Below are positions 52,458 through 64,000 of a stretch of DNA of 64,000 nucleotides, one piece after another. The stretch is taken from positions 32,001-96,000 of the IMG/VR virus record IMGVR_UViG_3300021425_002093; one strand, given 5' to 3'. A program made the position numbers and the translations under genes. The notes beneath the pieces are model-generated. The model was not told the DNA's origin. It searched no databases and was given only the letters and a program-made list of their open reading frames with translations. Each line of letters starts with the position of its first letter. Position 1 is the first letter of the stretch. The stretch is from a virus.

Positions 52458-52670
52458 TTACTCTCCTTCGATTTCCATTTCTTGTTCTACGTCATCCATC
52501 TCTGACTCTTCAAAGGACTCTTCCTCTGAAGCGGAAGCAAACATTTCGTCATATTTCATATCGACTGCATTTGCAACTTTGTTAGTCATGATATCGTTAA
52601 ACGTATCTTTAAATTCGTCTGGCTTGGAGTTAATAGCCTGTCTCACTAAATCTAATGTAGTATTATCCAT
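52458..52670 (-). CDS. prohead core protein candidate (gp67-like)
   Basis: Small, acidic C-terminus; late promoter TATAAATA at 52693-52700. Confidence 0.6.
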   Translation of the reverse strand: MDNTTLDLVRQAINSKPDEFKDTFNDIMTNKVANAVDMKYDEMFASASEEESFEESEMDDVEQEMEIEGE

Positions 52671-52706
52671 AATTATTTCTCCTGTAGTATATTATTTATA
52701 ATAAAC

Positions 52707-53339
52707 TCATATTCTGGCGATATACGAGTTACGCTTTAAGTTATCTTTCAGCTTTTTACCCGTAGATCCTGCTGTTTGATGCGAATTTAATTGCTCATCC
52801 CAAACTTGATCTGCGGCAGCATTTGCAATGTTCGTAATATCCTGATCTGTCAAACTCACACCAACAGCTTCTACAGTAATTAAATCAACGATATTCGATC
52901 TTACAAGCGAAACAGAAACACCTTCCGCAAAGTAAAACGGAGTCTGACCCGCTTCTCGTGTATATAAGTTTCCTTCAATCGTCAATGTATATGATGACTT
53001 TGAAGCAAAGGGCTGTATCCTCCATCCATTCTCAAGAAAGTATGTGACACCAAGATCTCTATCTTCAGTAATCGGGTCACCACCAACAGCAGTAAATGCT
53101 TTATCCCAAACTCTAGCATCGGGTGCTTCCGTCGATGCAATATTCCATTCTTTCCAAGCGGAATACAAATCCGTCTTTACGTCTAACGTTGTCACTCCTT
53201 CATCTACAAATATCGTTCTTGTTGGCCCATCGAATGCAACCTTTTGATTTGGGTATCCACCCTCATCAGCAGGAAGCCAATTCCATCGAGTCCCATAAAA
53301 CTGATGAATCGAAGGCATTACTGAAGTATCTCTTTCCAA
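52707..53339 (-). CDS. probable virion protein
   Basis: FDGPTRTI...DLYSAWKEW...GGDPI...FLENGWRI; resembles the N-terminal domain of the 829-aa ORF. Confidence 0.6.
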   Translation of the reverse strand: MERDTSVMPSIHQFYGTRWNWLPADEGGYPNQKVAFDGPTRTIFVDEGVTTLDVKTDLYSAWKEWNIASTEAPDARVWDKAFTAVGGDPITEDRDLGVTYFLENGWRIQPFASKSSYTLTIEGNLYTREAGQTPFYFAEGVSVSLVRSNIVDLITVEAVGVSLTDQDITNIANAAADQVWDEQLNSHQTAGSTGKKLKDNLKRNSYIARI

Positions 53340-56005
53340 GTAATGCTAAACATAATTCTAGGATCTTGCATATCCTTAATTTGCTCGTGTGCAAAGAAAG
53401 TCCAAGTCGAGCGAGATCCTGTAAATCCATGAATAACAGGATTCACTGACGCAGGATCGAAAGCAAAATCAGTTGTATCCACAGGAATCGTAAGCAATCG
53501 ATCTTGATACAAATACGCTTTCGTCAAGTTAACAATCTTAATGAAAACAGTTCTTGGGAATGGATTTGCAATACCAGTAGAAGAGATACTATGACAATGC
53601 AATGCGCCATCTGCGGTATTTTCATTCAATGGGAATGTTGCTGTTTGTGGTTCTCTTAACAGCCAACGATCACTTGTTTCTGGTCTACATTCAGCATCAG
53701 TCGGATCAATCGTAACGACTGGTGGTCGAGTCATCGTAAACGTTTCAGCGCCAGAGAACGTTCCGGTTGTTGCTGAACTTAATGTGACTTGAGTTCCACT
53801 ATCCACTGAACGAATTACAGTGTTTGCGGGAATGTTTGTTCCGCTGATCGCACCACCTTCGATTAACTTAATGTGCGTCAGTGTAGTCGCCGCAGGAATT
53901 GCCTTGTTCTGAATTGGCTTAGTTAGCGTCAACACGCTTCCATTGATATCAAGAATGTTTGTTCCGTCAGATGTCAATGGAGTATTATTTGAATCAAGAA
54001 CGGTTACTGATCCACCGATAACAAATCCAGTTGCGTCTGCTACTTCAATTGTAGTAGAATATATTGCGGTTGTTCCGACTGTCGTAGTTGTCGCAGTCTG
54101 ATCGTCAAGTAAAAGCGTAGTGCTATTACCTACAGCATCAACAGCCGCTCCCACTCCTGTCGTTTCAATTGAATTGTCGATATCAGAAATAACTTGTTCT
54201 GCTACACCACCATCATCGGGTCTATTTTTCCAAGCACCGTTTTGTAGATTAATATAGCGATCTGTGAGAATATCTGTAAATTGCCCATTGAACATATCTT
54301 CAAATTCGATGTTCTTTGTATTTCCCAATAAGTTTGTGTCTTCGAATGAAGTACCAGCAGTTGAAATTTGAAAGTTAGTGCCTGGGATGTCTTGAAAATC
54401 GTGGCCGCTATGAACGCAATCTCTACCTATTCGGAAGTGTACAATTGCGTCACGATTTGCTCCCGCAGAAATCTCTCCCTCAGTATCCACATTATTATCA
54501 TATGCATATGCAGTGATCTTTGTAGGAACAAAAAGACTATGATCTACTGAACCCGAAGCAAGCAATTCTTTTGGAGATAGAGTAAACAATGGTCTGAATC
54601 CAGCACCATCTACAGCCAAGTGCCCAGATGTGTAAACTTTTGGACGACCTAGTGACTGTAAATCGATATCTGTTTCCGTCCATACAGATGAACTCCAACT
54701 TCTCATGTAGACGTAGTTAGCATCTTCTGGTCTCGACGAAGTTAAGCCCAAACGAACAAGGTCTGAAGGAAGCGGCCCAAAGTTACCGTCTGTTCCCGAC
54801 CCATCTCCATAAACAGCATGATTTTGCATTTCGCTGTCGCTGTAGTAGTACAGTTGTTGACAAGCCGGAAGTGATGCTGTTGCACTTAATGATTCTGTGT
54901 TGCGATTACCGTGGAAGTATTCATGAATAACGAGACGTTGACCATCATTAAATGTGCCAAATCTTACTCGACCTGCGCCATGCCACTGAATATCAAGCCA
55001 GAAGATATTGTCCTTTGATAAGTCGAAGTCCATCTGACTACGATTGCTCAATGTTCTGGAGCCGTTAATTAAGTCGCCATTGAAGTTATCGAATCCGTCC
55101 GATGTATCCGATGATGCTAAAATATAATTCTTAACAGATCCAGATACACTTGATCTTCTTACGAGATAAAGGACACCCGTTGGGCCGACACGAAACATAA
55201 ATCCATTGTCTGCGTCAAAAAGTCCAAAATTTCTTTCCGTACCTGAATTAGTTGCAGGCAATGCACTTACTTTGCCAGTATCACTAAACAACATTGTTCC
55301 CATGAACAAATGACCAGAGCCGGGTATATAGTGATGATAGGTCTTGCTTGAAGCCGCCGCAAAGTCTTGTTGTTCTTTTACTCTTGGCTCAATGTACTTT
55401 CCAGTATCACTAAAAAAGACATCTGCTTCTCGTTTTGCCCTTGCGCCTGTATTAAGATATGTCAACGAAAAGTTTTCTAAGAGTTCGTCAATATTAGAGT
55501 AAACATACTCACCTAAGTGAGTTGCGCCTGTTGTGCGAAGTTTACCGAACGCATCGAGAGTTGGGCGACCGTCCGCTAGTGTTACGAGTGCTGATCCATA
55601 TGGATCAATGTCGAGCCCATATTCGGGATTGTCATATCCCATGATATTTTGTGCTGGAATATAGACATCGTAAAATCGAACAACTTCACCCACAATTCGA
55701 GTAGCACCGCCATCGTCGGGATCGACGATTGTTTGACCAACGCTAGGCTCGTTATTCTCAAATTTATTTGCTTTTGAGTAGTGAACAGCAAGAACGCCAG
55801 TACCGTCACCTTTATCATAAACACCGTGAAGATGCACCATCCCAAATCCTGTGACAGTGTACATTGAGCCGATCTTCCAGTTGTATCCAATGCTATTTCC
55901 GCCAGTGTTCGTTCCGAACTCAATCTCGGCAGTGTGGATCATGTATACACGATCACCAGTACTCTCTGGTGGAATTCTAGTAAATCTTTTATCTCCGAGC
56001 GCCAT
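53318..56005 (-). CDS. large beta-rich virion/fibre protein (lectin-like domain likely)
   Basis: DAFGKLR, Y.PG, QWHGAGRVRFG motif, IPANT...VTLS repeats; late promoter at 56040-56047. Confidence 0.6.
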   Translation of the reverse strand: MALGDKRFTRIPPESTGDRVYMIHTAEIEFGTNTGGNSIGYNWKIGSMYTVTGFGMVHLHGVYDKGDGTGVLAVHYSKANKFENNEPSVGQTIVDPDDGGATRIVGEVVRFYDVYIPAQNIMGYDNPEYGLDIDPYGSALVTLADGRPTLDAFGKLRTTGATHLGEYVYSNIDELLENFSLTYLNTGARAKREADVFFSDTGKYIEPRVKEQQDFAAASSKTYHHYIPGSGHLFMGTMLFSDTGKVSALPATNSGTERNFGLFDADNGFMFRVGPTGVLYLVRRSSVSGSVKNYILASSDTSDGFDNFNGDLINGSRTLSNRSQMDFDLSKDNIFWLDIQWHGAGRVRFGTFNDGQRLVIHEYFHGNRNTESLSATASLPACQQLYYYSDSEMQNHAVYGDGSGTDGNFGPLPSDLVRLGLTSSRPEDANYVYMRSWSSSVWTETDIDLQSLGRPKVYTSGHLAVDGAGFRPLFTLSPKELLASGSVDHSLFVPTKITAYAYDNNVDTEGEISAGANRDAIVHFRIGRDCVHSGHDFQDIPGTNFQISTAGTSFEDTNLLGNTKNIEFEDMFNGQFTDILTDRYINLQNGAWKNRPDDGGVAEQVISDIDNSIETTGVGAAVDAVGNSTTLLLDDQTATTTTVGTTAIYSTTIEVADATGFVIGGSVTVLDSNNTPLTSDGTNILDINGSVLTLTKPIQNKAIPAATTLTHIKLIEGGAISGTNIPANTVIRSVDSGTQVTLSSATTGTFSGAETFTMTRPPVVTIDPTDAECRPETSDRWLLREPQTATFPLNENTADGALHCHSISSTGIANPFPRTVFIKIVNLTKAYLYQDRLLTIPVDTTDFAFDPASVNPVIHGFTGSRSTWTFFAHEQIKDMQDPRIMFSITWKEILQ

Positions 56006-56051
56006 TTAATTATCCCGCTAAAATTGTTCTAATTTTAATTATTTATATCGA

Positions 56052-58151
56052 CTACACTTCAAACGAATCGTAATTTCTATCTAGTGACTGAGAAATAGGA
56101 AAAGACGCATTTTCTGTTGTAATTGTTTGTTCTAATAAGTAAACAGGTAAGCTACCCACTCTATAAATAAGCACATCAATGTCAGTTCCTGACGGCACAT
56201 TAAATGTGTAAGTCGCATCTACTTTTTCTACAGTAACAGTTTCACCAGGCGAATCTACCAGATCTTGTTGCTTAATAGAGCTTTGTCCAACGGCAGTCAC
56301 ACCGATAGTATTTGCAGATATTGAAACTACCTCGAACTCATCAAATAAAGCAAGATTATCTCTATGAGTTACACGAATCACTTGGGGTGGCGTTGTAACA
56401 GCTAATCCAGTAATGTTTGTAAAATCTGTTGTCGTACTATCTATGAACAATACCGGACCGGCACCCTGAGGTACAGTAACGAATTCAATATCAGTTCCTG
56501 TTACAGCAGCCACAGTGTCTTCATTGAACAAAGTAGTTCGTGTTGCTCCGTTTTGACTGTAAGGAGAAGGGCTTTGCATTATCGATACTTCGGAGTTTCC
56601 TAATACACCTGATATTGACACCGAAACATCTGCCTGAATAGTGACTTGACCGCTTCCAGTATTATACACTGAAGGTATCTGACTTGTATTAGATACAGAA
56701 ATTATTAAATTTGTTCCCGATAAAACTTCAACTTCAATAACAGCACCGGAATTTCCTTGCGGGCCTGTAGTTGCTGATTGAACTGCTCCATCATTATATC
56801 CAAGTTGTGCGTTTGGAGTAAATGAATGCCCATCATATATGACTGTTACATCTCCTTGTCCACCAGCAATTTGACCAAGTAATAGCGCTCTACCATTTCC
56901 TGTAAAGTTACAGTTAGTGATCTTAGAAAGATCTGTAGCATTAGTCCCACTAACTTCAATTCCGGATGTTTCCGCCGTGTTGCTTGTCCCATTAACTGTA
57001 CAAGAAGTAATAGTAGCACCATTTTGAATAACTCTTGCTTCAGTGTTTGTTCCAGCCATTGTATTAGATGTAATCGTCGCTGAAGTTGTTCCAAATGTGC
57101 AACGAGTCAGTTCTGTGTTCGCACCACCGCACTGAAGTAATCTAACACCAAAAAAAGAACAAGCTGTAAACTTAACGATAGGATTGTCAGTCGAATTAAT
57201 AAGAATATCAATCGCATCTTCAAGAATAGTTACATTTTCCCATTCAATATCAGAAGAAGAATTGAGTATTTGTATTCTATGTTTTCCGCCGTCGGTTTCA
57301 GTATTTGAATACCAAGGTGTAGCATCATTTTGTCTTCGAATAGTAACACCAGATGTATCACGCATAAAACAAAGCTGAGTTGAACTTCCTAGTCTTACTT
57401 CAGTGTTTAGAATGTATACGCCTCTTCGTTCAGTAAAAACACCTAAGCGACCATTGATGTTGTCACCACCGTCAAATCCCTCTAAGCCCGCAAAAGTAAC
57501 TGGGTTGGCCGTTTCGCCTTCTACAGCATCAATGTATGCACCTCTTCGAATACCTTCAATCGCAAAAGGAGCACCTTTCGTCGGGCCTTGTGTGGGAATG
57601 CTTGCTCCTGCGCCGAAAACACTATAGTTTCCTCCTGCGCCATTTCCGACGGTGGTTAGCGCAAGACCATTTGCGGGAGTAACATTAACGTCAATAGATC
57701 CACAAACCCAGTCAGCACCATAGTCCTGTAAATCTGAGCCGGAAACGGAATATGCGTTATAGTTATTTGTATTCGGCCCAATGATTGCGTGTAGTCCACC
57801 TCGTTGGTTGAGGGGCAATACCGCTGTAGCTAACGAGGCAGGAGCATTAAAGAACATCCAAATATACACGTACTGATTACCGCCAGGATTATTACCTGAT
57901 GCGAGTGTTGTCGCAATATTTCCACCCGCATTTGTATCGTCAACAATACCCTTTTCTTGAGAACCGTTACCAAATGCGTTTTTAGAAATACATTCTGTTC
58001 CAATTAGATAGTAATCTGTTTCTTCGTTAAGACCAGCCTGTCCTCCGCCAACAGCGGCATAATCATTGACAACAAGAGAAGTTCCACCTGTCGCAGTATA
58101 GACTGAGCCGTCTAGTGTAACAATGTCTGTACCGTATGATGGAACTGCCAT
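56052..58151 (-). CDS. large beta-rich virion protein with probable beta-helix
   Basis: Gly/Thr/Asn-rich; FTACSF, LTRCTF, ITSCTV, ITNCNF rungs; ends SLDRNY. Confidence 0.6.
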   Translation of the reverse strand: MAVPSYGTDIVTLDGSVYTATGGTSLVVNDYAAVGGGQAGLNEETDYYLIGTECISKNAFGNGSQEKGIVDDTNAGGNIATTLASGNNPGGNQYVYIWMFFNAPASLATAVLPLNQRGGLHAIIGPNTNNYNAYSVSGSDLQDYGADWVCGSIDVNVTPANGLALTTVGNGAGGNYSVFGAGASIPTQGPTKGAPFAIEGIRRGAYIDAVEGETANPVTFAGLEGFDGGDNINGRLGVFTERRGVYILNTEVRLGSSTQLCFMRDTSGVTIRRQNDATPWYSNTETDGGKHRIQILNSSSDIEWENVTILEDAIDILINSTDNPIVKFTACSFFGVRLLQCGGANTELTRCTFGTTSATITSNTMAGTNTEARVIQNGATITSCTVNGTSNTAETSGIEVSGTNATDLSKITNCNFTGNGRALLLGQIAGGQGDVTVIYDGHSFTPNAQLGYNDGAVQSATTGPQGNSGAVIEVEVLSGTNLIISVSNTSQIPSVYNTGSGQVTIQADVSVSISGVLGNSEVSIMQSPSPYSQNGATRTTLFNEDTVAAVTGTDIEFVTVPQGAGPVLFIDSTTTDFTNITGLAVTTPPQVIRVTHRDNLALFDEFEVVSISANTIGVTAVGQSSIKQQDLVDSPGETVTVEKVDATYTFNVPSGTDIDVLIYRVGSLPVYLLEQTITTENASFPISQSLDRNYDSFEV

Positions 58152-58451
58152 TTAGCCCTCGATCATTTCTTCGTTTGCTTCTCTTACAGCTTTACGGATT
58201 TTAGCATCTCGCTCAGTTTCTTTCTTTTCGTCAAGCACTTTTTTATGCGCAAGAACTTCATCCATCTCAAACTCCCACGTAGACTCAGAATCCCCATCAT
58301 CGACAAAGCGAACGGTTCCGTCATCGTTATAGATCATATCTGTGGGGGGAACGAAATGCGCAGTGAGTTCATCGACCTGCTGAGCTTCCATAAGTAGCTC
58401 ATCTTCCGTCAATGCAAGAATGTCTGCGGCAACTTGAATGTTGATTCTCAT
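58152..58451 (-). CDS. small acidic hypothetical protein
   Basis: 99 aa, GAGG SD, abuts the next ORF. Confidence 0.6.
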   Translation of the reverse strand: MRINIQVAADILALTEDELLMEAQQVDELTAHFVPPTDMIYNDDGTVRFVDDGDSESTWEFEMDEVLAHKKVLDEKKETERDAKIRKAVREANEEMIEG

Positions 58452-58475
58452 AATAAATCCTCGTAAAGGTTAAAT

Positions 58476-58494
58476 GGGGGAGACTAGCTCCCCC
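58476..58494 (-). terminator. GC-rich hairpin after the 829-aa gene (weak T-tract)
   Basis: GGGGGAG-CTAGT-CTCCCCC then ATTT. Confidence 0.5.
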
Positions 58495-58505
58495 GTCAAA
58501 GTTAT

Positions 58506-60995
58506 TTATGGAGCATAGTTTCTTTCGAGAGGCGCTACCACAGTAATATTATTAGCGTTACCTTCGTTAATTATGAAGGGCGTTGATACCCACTGTGCTG
58601 TATCAGTACCAACTGCTCTAATTACTGTATTTACCGCAGTATCAGAAAGTCGATTTTCTTCTCCGTTTGCAGAGTTGGGAGTCGTGTCACCAGTGAAAGC
58701 GTAGTCGAATGCGAATCCATTAGCATTGATGCTTCCAGAACCAGAGCCTGATATTTCACTTGTACCATTTGCTTGAAGTACAATAATCGCATCAGGCGAG
58801 TTAACAGGATTAAAACGGAAGTTTTCAGTTCCAGTAGTTTGAGCTTCGTTAGTGACCGCTCCATTTGGATTATCGTCATCTAACTTAGTTGCCGCAAAGG
58901 ATGCAGTTGTATCAGCCGCACTACCAGCTACGATGCTTCCAGTAACTTCCCAAACTCCATTGTTTCCAGCATTAGTGAATCCAGAGAAGTCAAGATAGTC
59001 TCCGACTGTCACTTCTGGCATATTATTAGTACCACCGTCTGTAATTGTAGCAGTTTGACCTGAAGCAGATGTGACGGAAAGTGCCGTAACATCAAACTCA
59101 CGAGTATACTCATAGTAGACTGTAAACGAAGGTTCGCTATCGTTAATTAAGTTGTCGTTGAATGAGATCGTACCAGAAGCAATCTTCGGGAAGAGTTCTA
59201 GCGATCCACCACCACCAGTGTATCGGAATGCTAAGTTACCAATATCTCCACTAGAGAAGTTAATGATAGCAACACCAGCATCGTTTGTAGCGCCGTCAGC
59301 GTGTTCTACAAGCAATGTCTGTAGAGTTGGTCCAACGAATGTCAACAATTCGTCAGAAGTCTTACCAACCTGAACGATTGAATCCGCACCTTCGTCATCG
59401 ACGTTAGTTGTTCTACGTAGACGATACTTAACCCAAGAATATAGCTCTTGAAGTGTAAGATTGCCAGTTCCAGTGCCATTCTCCGCACTGATCGTTACAC
59501 CAAAGTTTCTGGATGTGTTAAGATCAACTCCACCAGAGTAGAGTGTAGCGGAAGAAACGTCAGCGGCGAGATAGTTGATCTCTGGACCATTACCAGCCGC
59601 AACATCATACTTTTCGTTAGCACCATCAGCGGCTTCGATAACCTTGTCAGAAATTGTATAATCAAGATCTCTCAACTCCGCAAGTGGGAATCGGAATACC
59701 TGATAGTTTACAGCCGCACCAGATGCGATACCAATCGACACTGAGTCTGACTTACCAAACGTCTTACCTTCTTCACGAACGAAGAGAGAAAGTTCGTTAG
59801 TTCTGTTATCCGTAGTTCCATCAAACGTTTGAATTGCTTCGTTTACGGCACCAGCATATGTAAAGTCAGCAGTCGTTCCGTAATTAATATTTCGAATATT
59901 AACAACATCAGCTTCAGTTGTGTTAGTCAACGGTGTTCCCGTCAATACAATGTTGTTACTAGCGGCTGTAGCAATTGTAAATTGGCCGTCATTCGTTCCA
60001 CCCGATGTTCCAGAAATGACGATGATATCTCCATTAGAGAACGAATCAAAATCTCCAGCCGCACCTGTAATTGTATTAGTAGCCGTGATAACAAGTCCAG
60101 CTTTTCTGAGAGCGGGACGGAATGCGTAGTAAACAGTGTCACCGCCGCCAATTGTAACGGAAGCACCAACAGTTTCTGCGGTGAATGATGTTGCTGTGTC
60201 TGAAATGTAATCTTTAACTGTAAGTACGTCAGCAGTACCACCAGCACCGTCTGAAGTGACGTTAGTTACAACATATGTACCATCATTTCCGTTTGCGCTA
60301 CCGCTAACAGTGATCGTGTCTCCTGCCACAAAAATACCAAAGTTTTCTCCCGTTGATGTGATATCAGCACCAGAGAAGGAAATATCGGTTGCAGTGATAT
60401 TTGTGATCGCTTTACCATCAACAGTACCCAGTGAGATAACTCCCACATACTCAGCAAGTACAGTACCAGTAGTTGTGATCTCTCTCCATCCAGCAGTACG
60501 AATCAACTTTCGTGTTGCATCTGAGTTTGGAGTCCAATCAAACGAAAATTCAAACTGCTCTGGAGTAATTGCCACGAGCGGGAAAGGATATTCGATCAGA
60601 TGGTTGATAAACGTTACTGTATCTGTGCCAGTAAAGGTTGTATCAATATTTTTGTTTAGTGTTACTGTTGTTCCGCTAACACTAGCAACTTCAGTGGCGT
60701 CTAAAAGAACACCAGAACCAGAAGCGACTATGACAGTCATTCCTGGCAGAATTTCTTCCGAAGAAGGGCCAGCGGCTTGATCGAGTACAAGATCAGCTTG
60801 ACCGGACGCTCCAGAAGTTACGCCAATTGTAAAGTTTCGTACTCGCCACACCTTCTTGAGATATGAGTACATTGCCTGAAGAGTAACACCGTCTGGAGAA
60901 AGACCTCCGGCTAGTGCTAGTGAAATGTCTCTTGTTGCGGCATCTATCTGTAATTCTGTTCTTGATAGATCACCACCAGAAGTAATGATAGCCAT
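58506..60995 (-). CDS. large virion protein with repeated beta-barrel modules
   Basis: Three GD.I.(V/I/F)SG....NDG.(Y/F/W) repeats; two TLQ.(M/L)YS(Y/W).K motifs; ends LERNYAP; late promoter at 61033-61040. Confidence 0.65.
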   Translation of the reverse strand: MAIITSGGDLSRTELQIDAATRDISLALAGGLSPDGVTLQAMYSYLKKVWRVRNFTIGVTSGASGQADLVLDQAAGPSSEEILPGMTVIVASGSGVLLDATEVASVSGTTVTLNKNIDTTFTGTDTVTFINHLIEYPFPLVAITPEQFEFSFDWTPNSDATRKLIRTAGWREITTTGTVLAEYVGVISLGTVDGKAITNITATDISFSGADITSTGENFGIFVAGDTITVSGSANGNDGTYVVTNVTSDGAGGTADVLTVKDYISDTATSFTAETVGASVTIGGGDTVYYAFRPALRKAGLVITATNTITGAAGDFDSFSNGDIIVISGTSGGTNDGQFTIATAASNNIVLTGTPLTNTTEADVVNIRNINYGTTADFTYAGAVNEAIQTFDGTTDNRTNELSLFVREEGKTFGKSDSVSIGIASGAAVNYQVFRFPLAELRDLDYTISDKVIEAADGANEKYDVAAGNGPEINYLAADVSSATLYSGGVDLNTSRNFGVTISAENGTGTGNLTLQELYSWVKYRLRRTTNVDDEGADSIVQVGKTSDELLTFVGPTLQTLLVEHADGATNDAGVAIINFSSGDIGNLAFRYTGGGGSLELFPKIASGTISFNDNLINDSEPSFTVYYEYTREFDVTALSVTSASGQTATITDGGTNNMPEVTVGDYLDFSGFTNAGNNGVWEVTGSIVAGSAADTTASFAATKLDDDNPNGAVTNEAQTTGTENFRFNPVNSPDAIIVLQANGTSEISGSGSGSINANGFAFDYAFTGDTTPNSANGEENRLSDTAVNTVIRAVGTDTAQWVSTPFIINEGNANNITVVAPLERNYAP

Positions 60996-61043
60996 TTAAT
61001 CCTCCGATTATAAACGGGTTGTTGTTCTATACTATTTATAAAA

Positions 61044-62262
<1,219 letters not shown>

Positions 62263-62276
<14 letters not shown>

Positions 62277-63948
62277 TTTCTTCTGTTATAAGTTGATCGA
62301 TCATTGATGAAAAATTTTCAATCAATTTTCTATCTTCTTCTTTCAGTTCATTATCCTCTTCTATATCCACCGTCAAAGTTCCATGATCAGGAATGACAGG
62401 AGCTTCTGGCGTGTAATCCATGTTCAGATCTTCTTCTTCCTCAGGCTCTTCCGCCTTTTCTTGTTCGATCTGATCCTTAATCTCTTCCACTTCATCTTCA
62501 GACATATAAAGTACTTGCTTCTGTACCCAATCTTTAGAGAAGTAAGTTCCACGATACTCATCGATGTCTCTCAGAAGCTGTAAGCGATTCTGTAAAATTT
62601 CAGACTGTTTCAATTCTGAGAAATGATTATCAGTTACAAAATCGTATCGAAGGGCTGCTTGAATTGCTGGCCAATCTTCAACAGAAACAATTCCCTTCAA
62701 AATCAATTGCTTTTCAAGTAATTTATCAAAAAGAATTGCAAATCTTGAACGTAGTCGTGCGATAAACTTAGAAAATTTCACCTCATCTCTAGAGATTTCT
62801 GATGCACGTCCAAGCGAGAATCCAGCCTCAGACTCCATTCTAGTGATGGGGACATTCAATGCTTTAAGTAGTCTCTTTTGGAAATACAGAATATCTTCGA
62901 TTTCGCCCAAATTCTGACCACCGGGCAATGTTGTGATTTCAGTTCCCCTTCCACCTTCTCTTCTTGGAAGCCAGAAATCATCTGTCATGGCCATATGTCT
63001 ACGATCATCTTTGATGTCGCCAGTTCCAGCATCGTAGACTAAACGATTCTTATGCTTGACCATCATATCACGTAGATGTTGCTCAGCCTTCAATTTGGGG
63101 AGATTGCCCACATCAATATAAAAGATTCGACGCTCTGGTGCTCGTGAGATACGATAGATAACAACAGCATCCTCCATCATTCTCAACTGATTCAAAGGCT
63201 TGTATGCTTTGTGAAGATAAGATAGTACTAGATTTCCGTTTTCGTTTAGCAAGCCAGACGTGACGTTTACGATAGAGTCTTTTGCAATTTTTAGACCCTT
63301 GATATCCCCGCCGCTAAACTGTTGAACGTGAGACGTGTTTAAATTATTGAATCCACGCTCGTTATAGATGAAATACTCGTTCTTGATTTTCTTAACAATA
63401 AACTTATTTTGATCACTACCAGCAGGCGCTTTATCATACTCACGAACTTTACGAATTTTTCTTGGATCAATATAGCGAAGTTCTTGAATTCCTTTTCTGG
63501 GTGATTTTTCGTCGATCATTACATGATAGTTGATTCTACCATCGACGTACCACTTCTGAAAAGTATCGTATCCAGTATTACCAAAGTCTAGCAGTTTTAT
63601 AACATTGTCAAATTCTTCTCGAATCTTCTTTTTAATATTATCGGGAAGGTCCACATCATCAGTGATACAATCAACTACTTTCTTGTCATCAGTGATTGAA
63701 ATCGCTTCGTTTACAATATCATCTACAGCTTGAGATACTTCGGGTTGCTGAAGCATAGTGCGATATCTTTGTACAAGTTCAGCTTCACTCTTTGCGGCTC
63801 CGTCCAAGTCAAGGAAAGAGCTAGATACTGATCCAGTTACGGCGATATTGACAGCGCCGTCATCATTGGTAGGCTCAACAAAAGACGTGATGTTTTTGTT
63901 TTCATCTTCCTTTCTTTTGATTTCAAAGCCAAACAGTTCAATTGCCAT
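62263..63948 (-). CDS. gp20: portal protein
   Basis: LFGF.I, WYVDGR, YIDPRKI, YRISRAPERRIFYIDVGNLPK.KAEQ, WLPRREGGRGTEITTLPGGQNLG. Confidence 0.98.
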
Positions 63949-63987
63949 TACAAGTTCCTTTAAGTGAAAAGTATAAAAGTCTCATAC

Positions 63988-63995
63988 TATTTATA
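63988..63995 (-). promoter_or_regulatory. T4-type late promoter
   Basis: TATAAATA upstream of gp20. Confidence 0.75.
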
Positions 63996-64000
63996 AGACC

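Overview
A 64 kb segment of a large T4-like (myovirus-type) dsDNA bacteriophage genome, probably aquatic or marine. Essentially all genes lie on the minus strand. Reading in gene direction (high to low coordinates), the order is: portal gp20; a ~9.5 kb block of fibre/appendage-like virion genes including a collagen; head genes gp67/68-like, gp21, gp22, gp23; gp3, uvsY, uvsW, gp55, gp47, gp46; a three-gene DNA-modification cassette; gp45; an island of small early genes; a second, heavily modified gp45-like gene; gp44, gp62, regA, hsp20, gp43, uvsX, gp41; a late cluster of probable capsid-packaged proteins plus an endolysin; primase, nrdA/nrdB, dCMP deaminase, MazG, glutaredoxin and RNase H. T4-type late promoters (TATAAATA) and sigma70-type promoters are readable. 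Most notable observations: (1) a CmoA-like carboxy-SAM synthase, a PD-(D/E)xK-like ORF and a C5-cytosine transferase whose motif X Asn is replaced by Arg, predicting 5-carboxymethylcytosine DNA modification, possibly with a partner nuclease; (2) a 563-aa acidic sliding-clamp paralog carrying three large insertions, one resembling a virion-protein repeat; (3) polyprotein-like head cargo punctuated by repeated ES(V/L)xLxE linkers, some encoded by exact DNA repeats; (4) a candidate structured late ncRNA on the otherwise silent + strand; (5) a ROSE-like thermometer upstream of hsp20. All assignments come from motif recognition by eye; no database searches were run.
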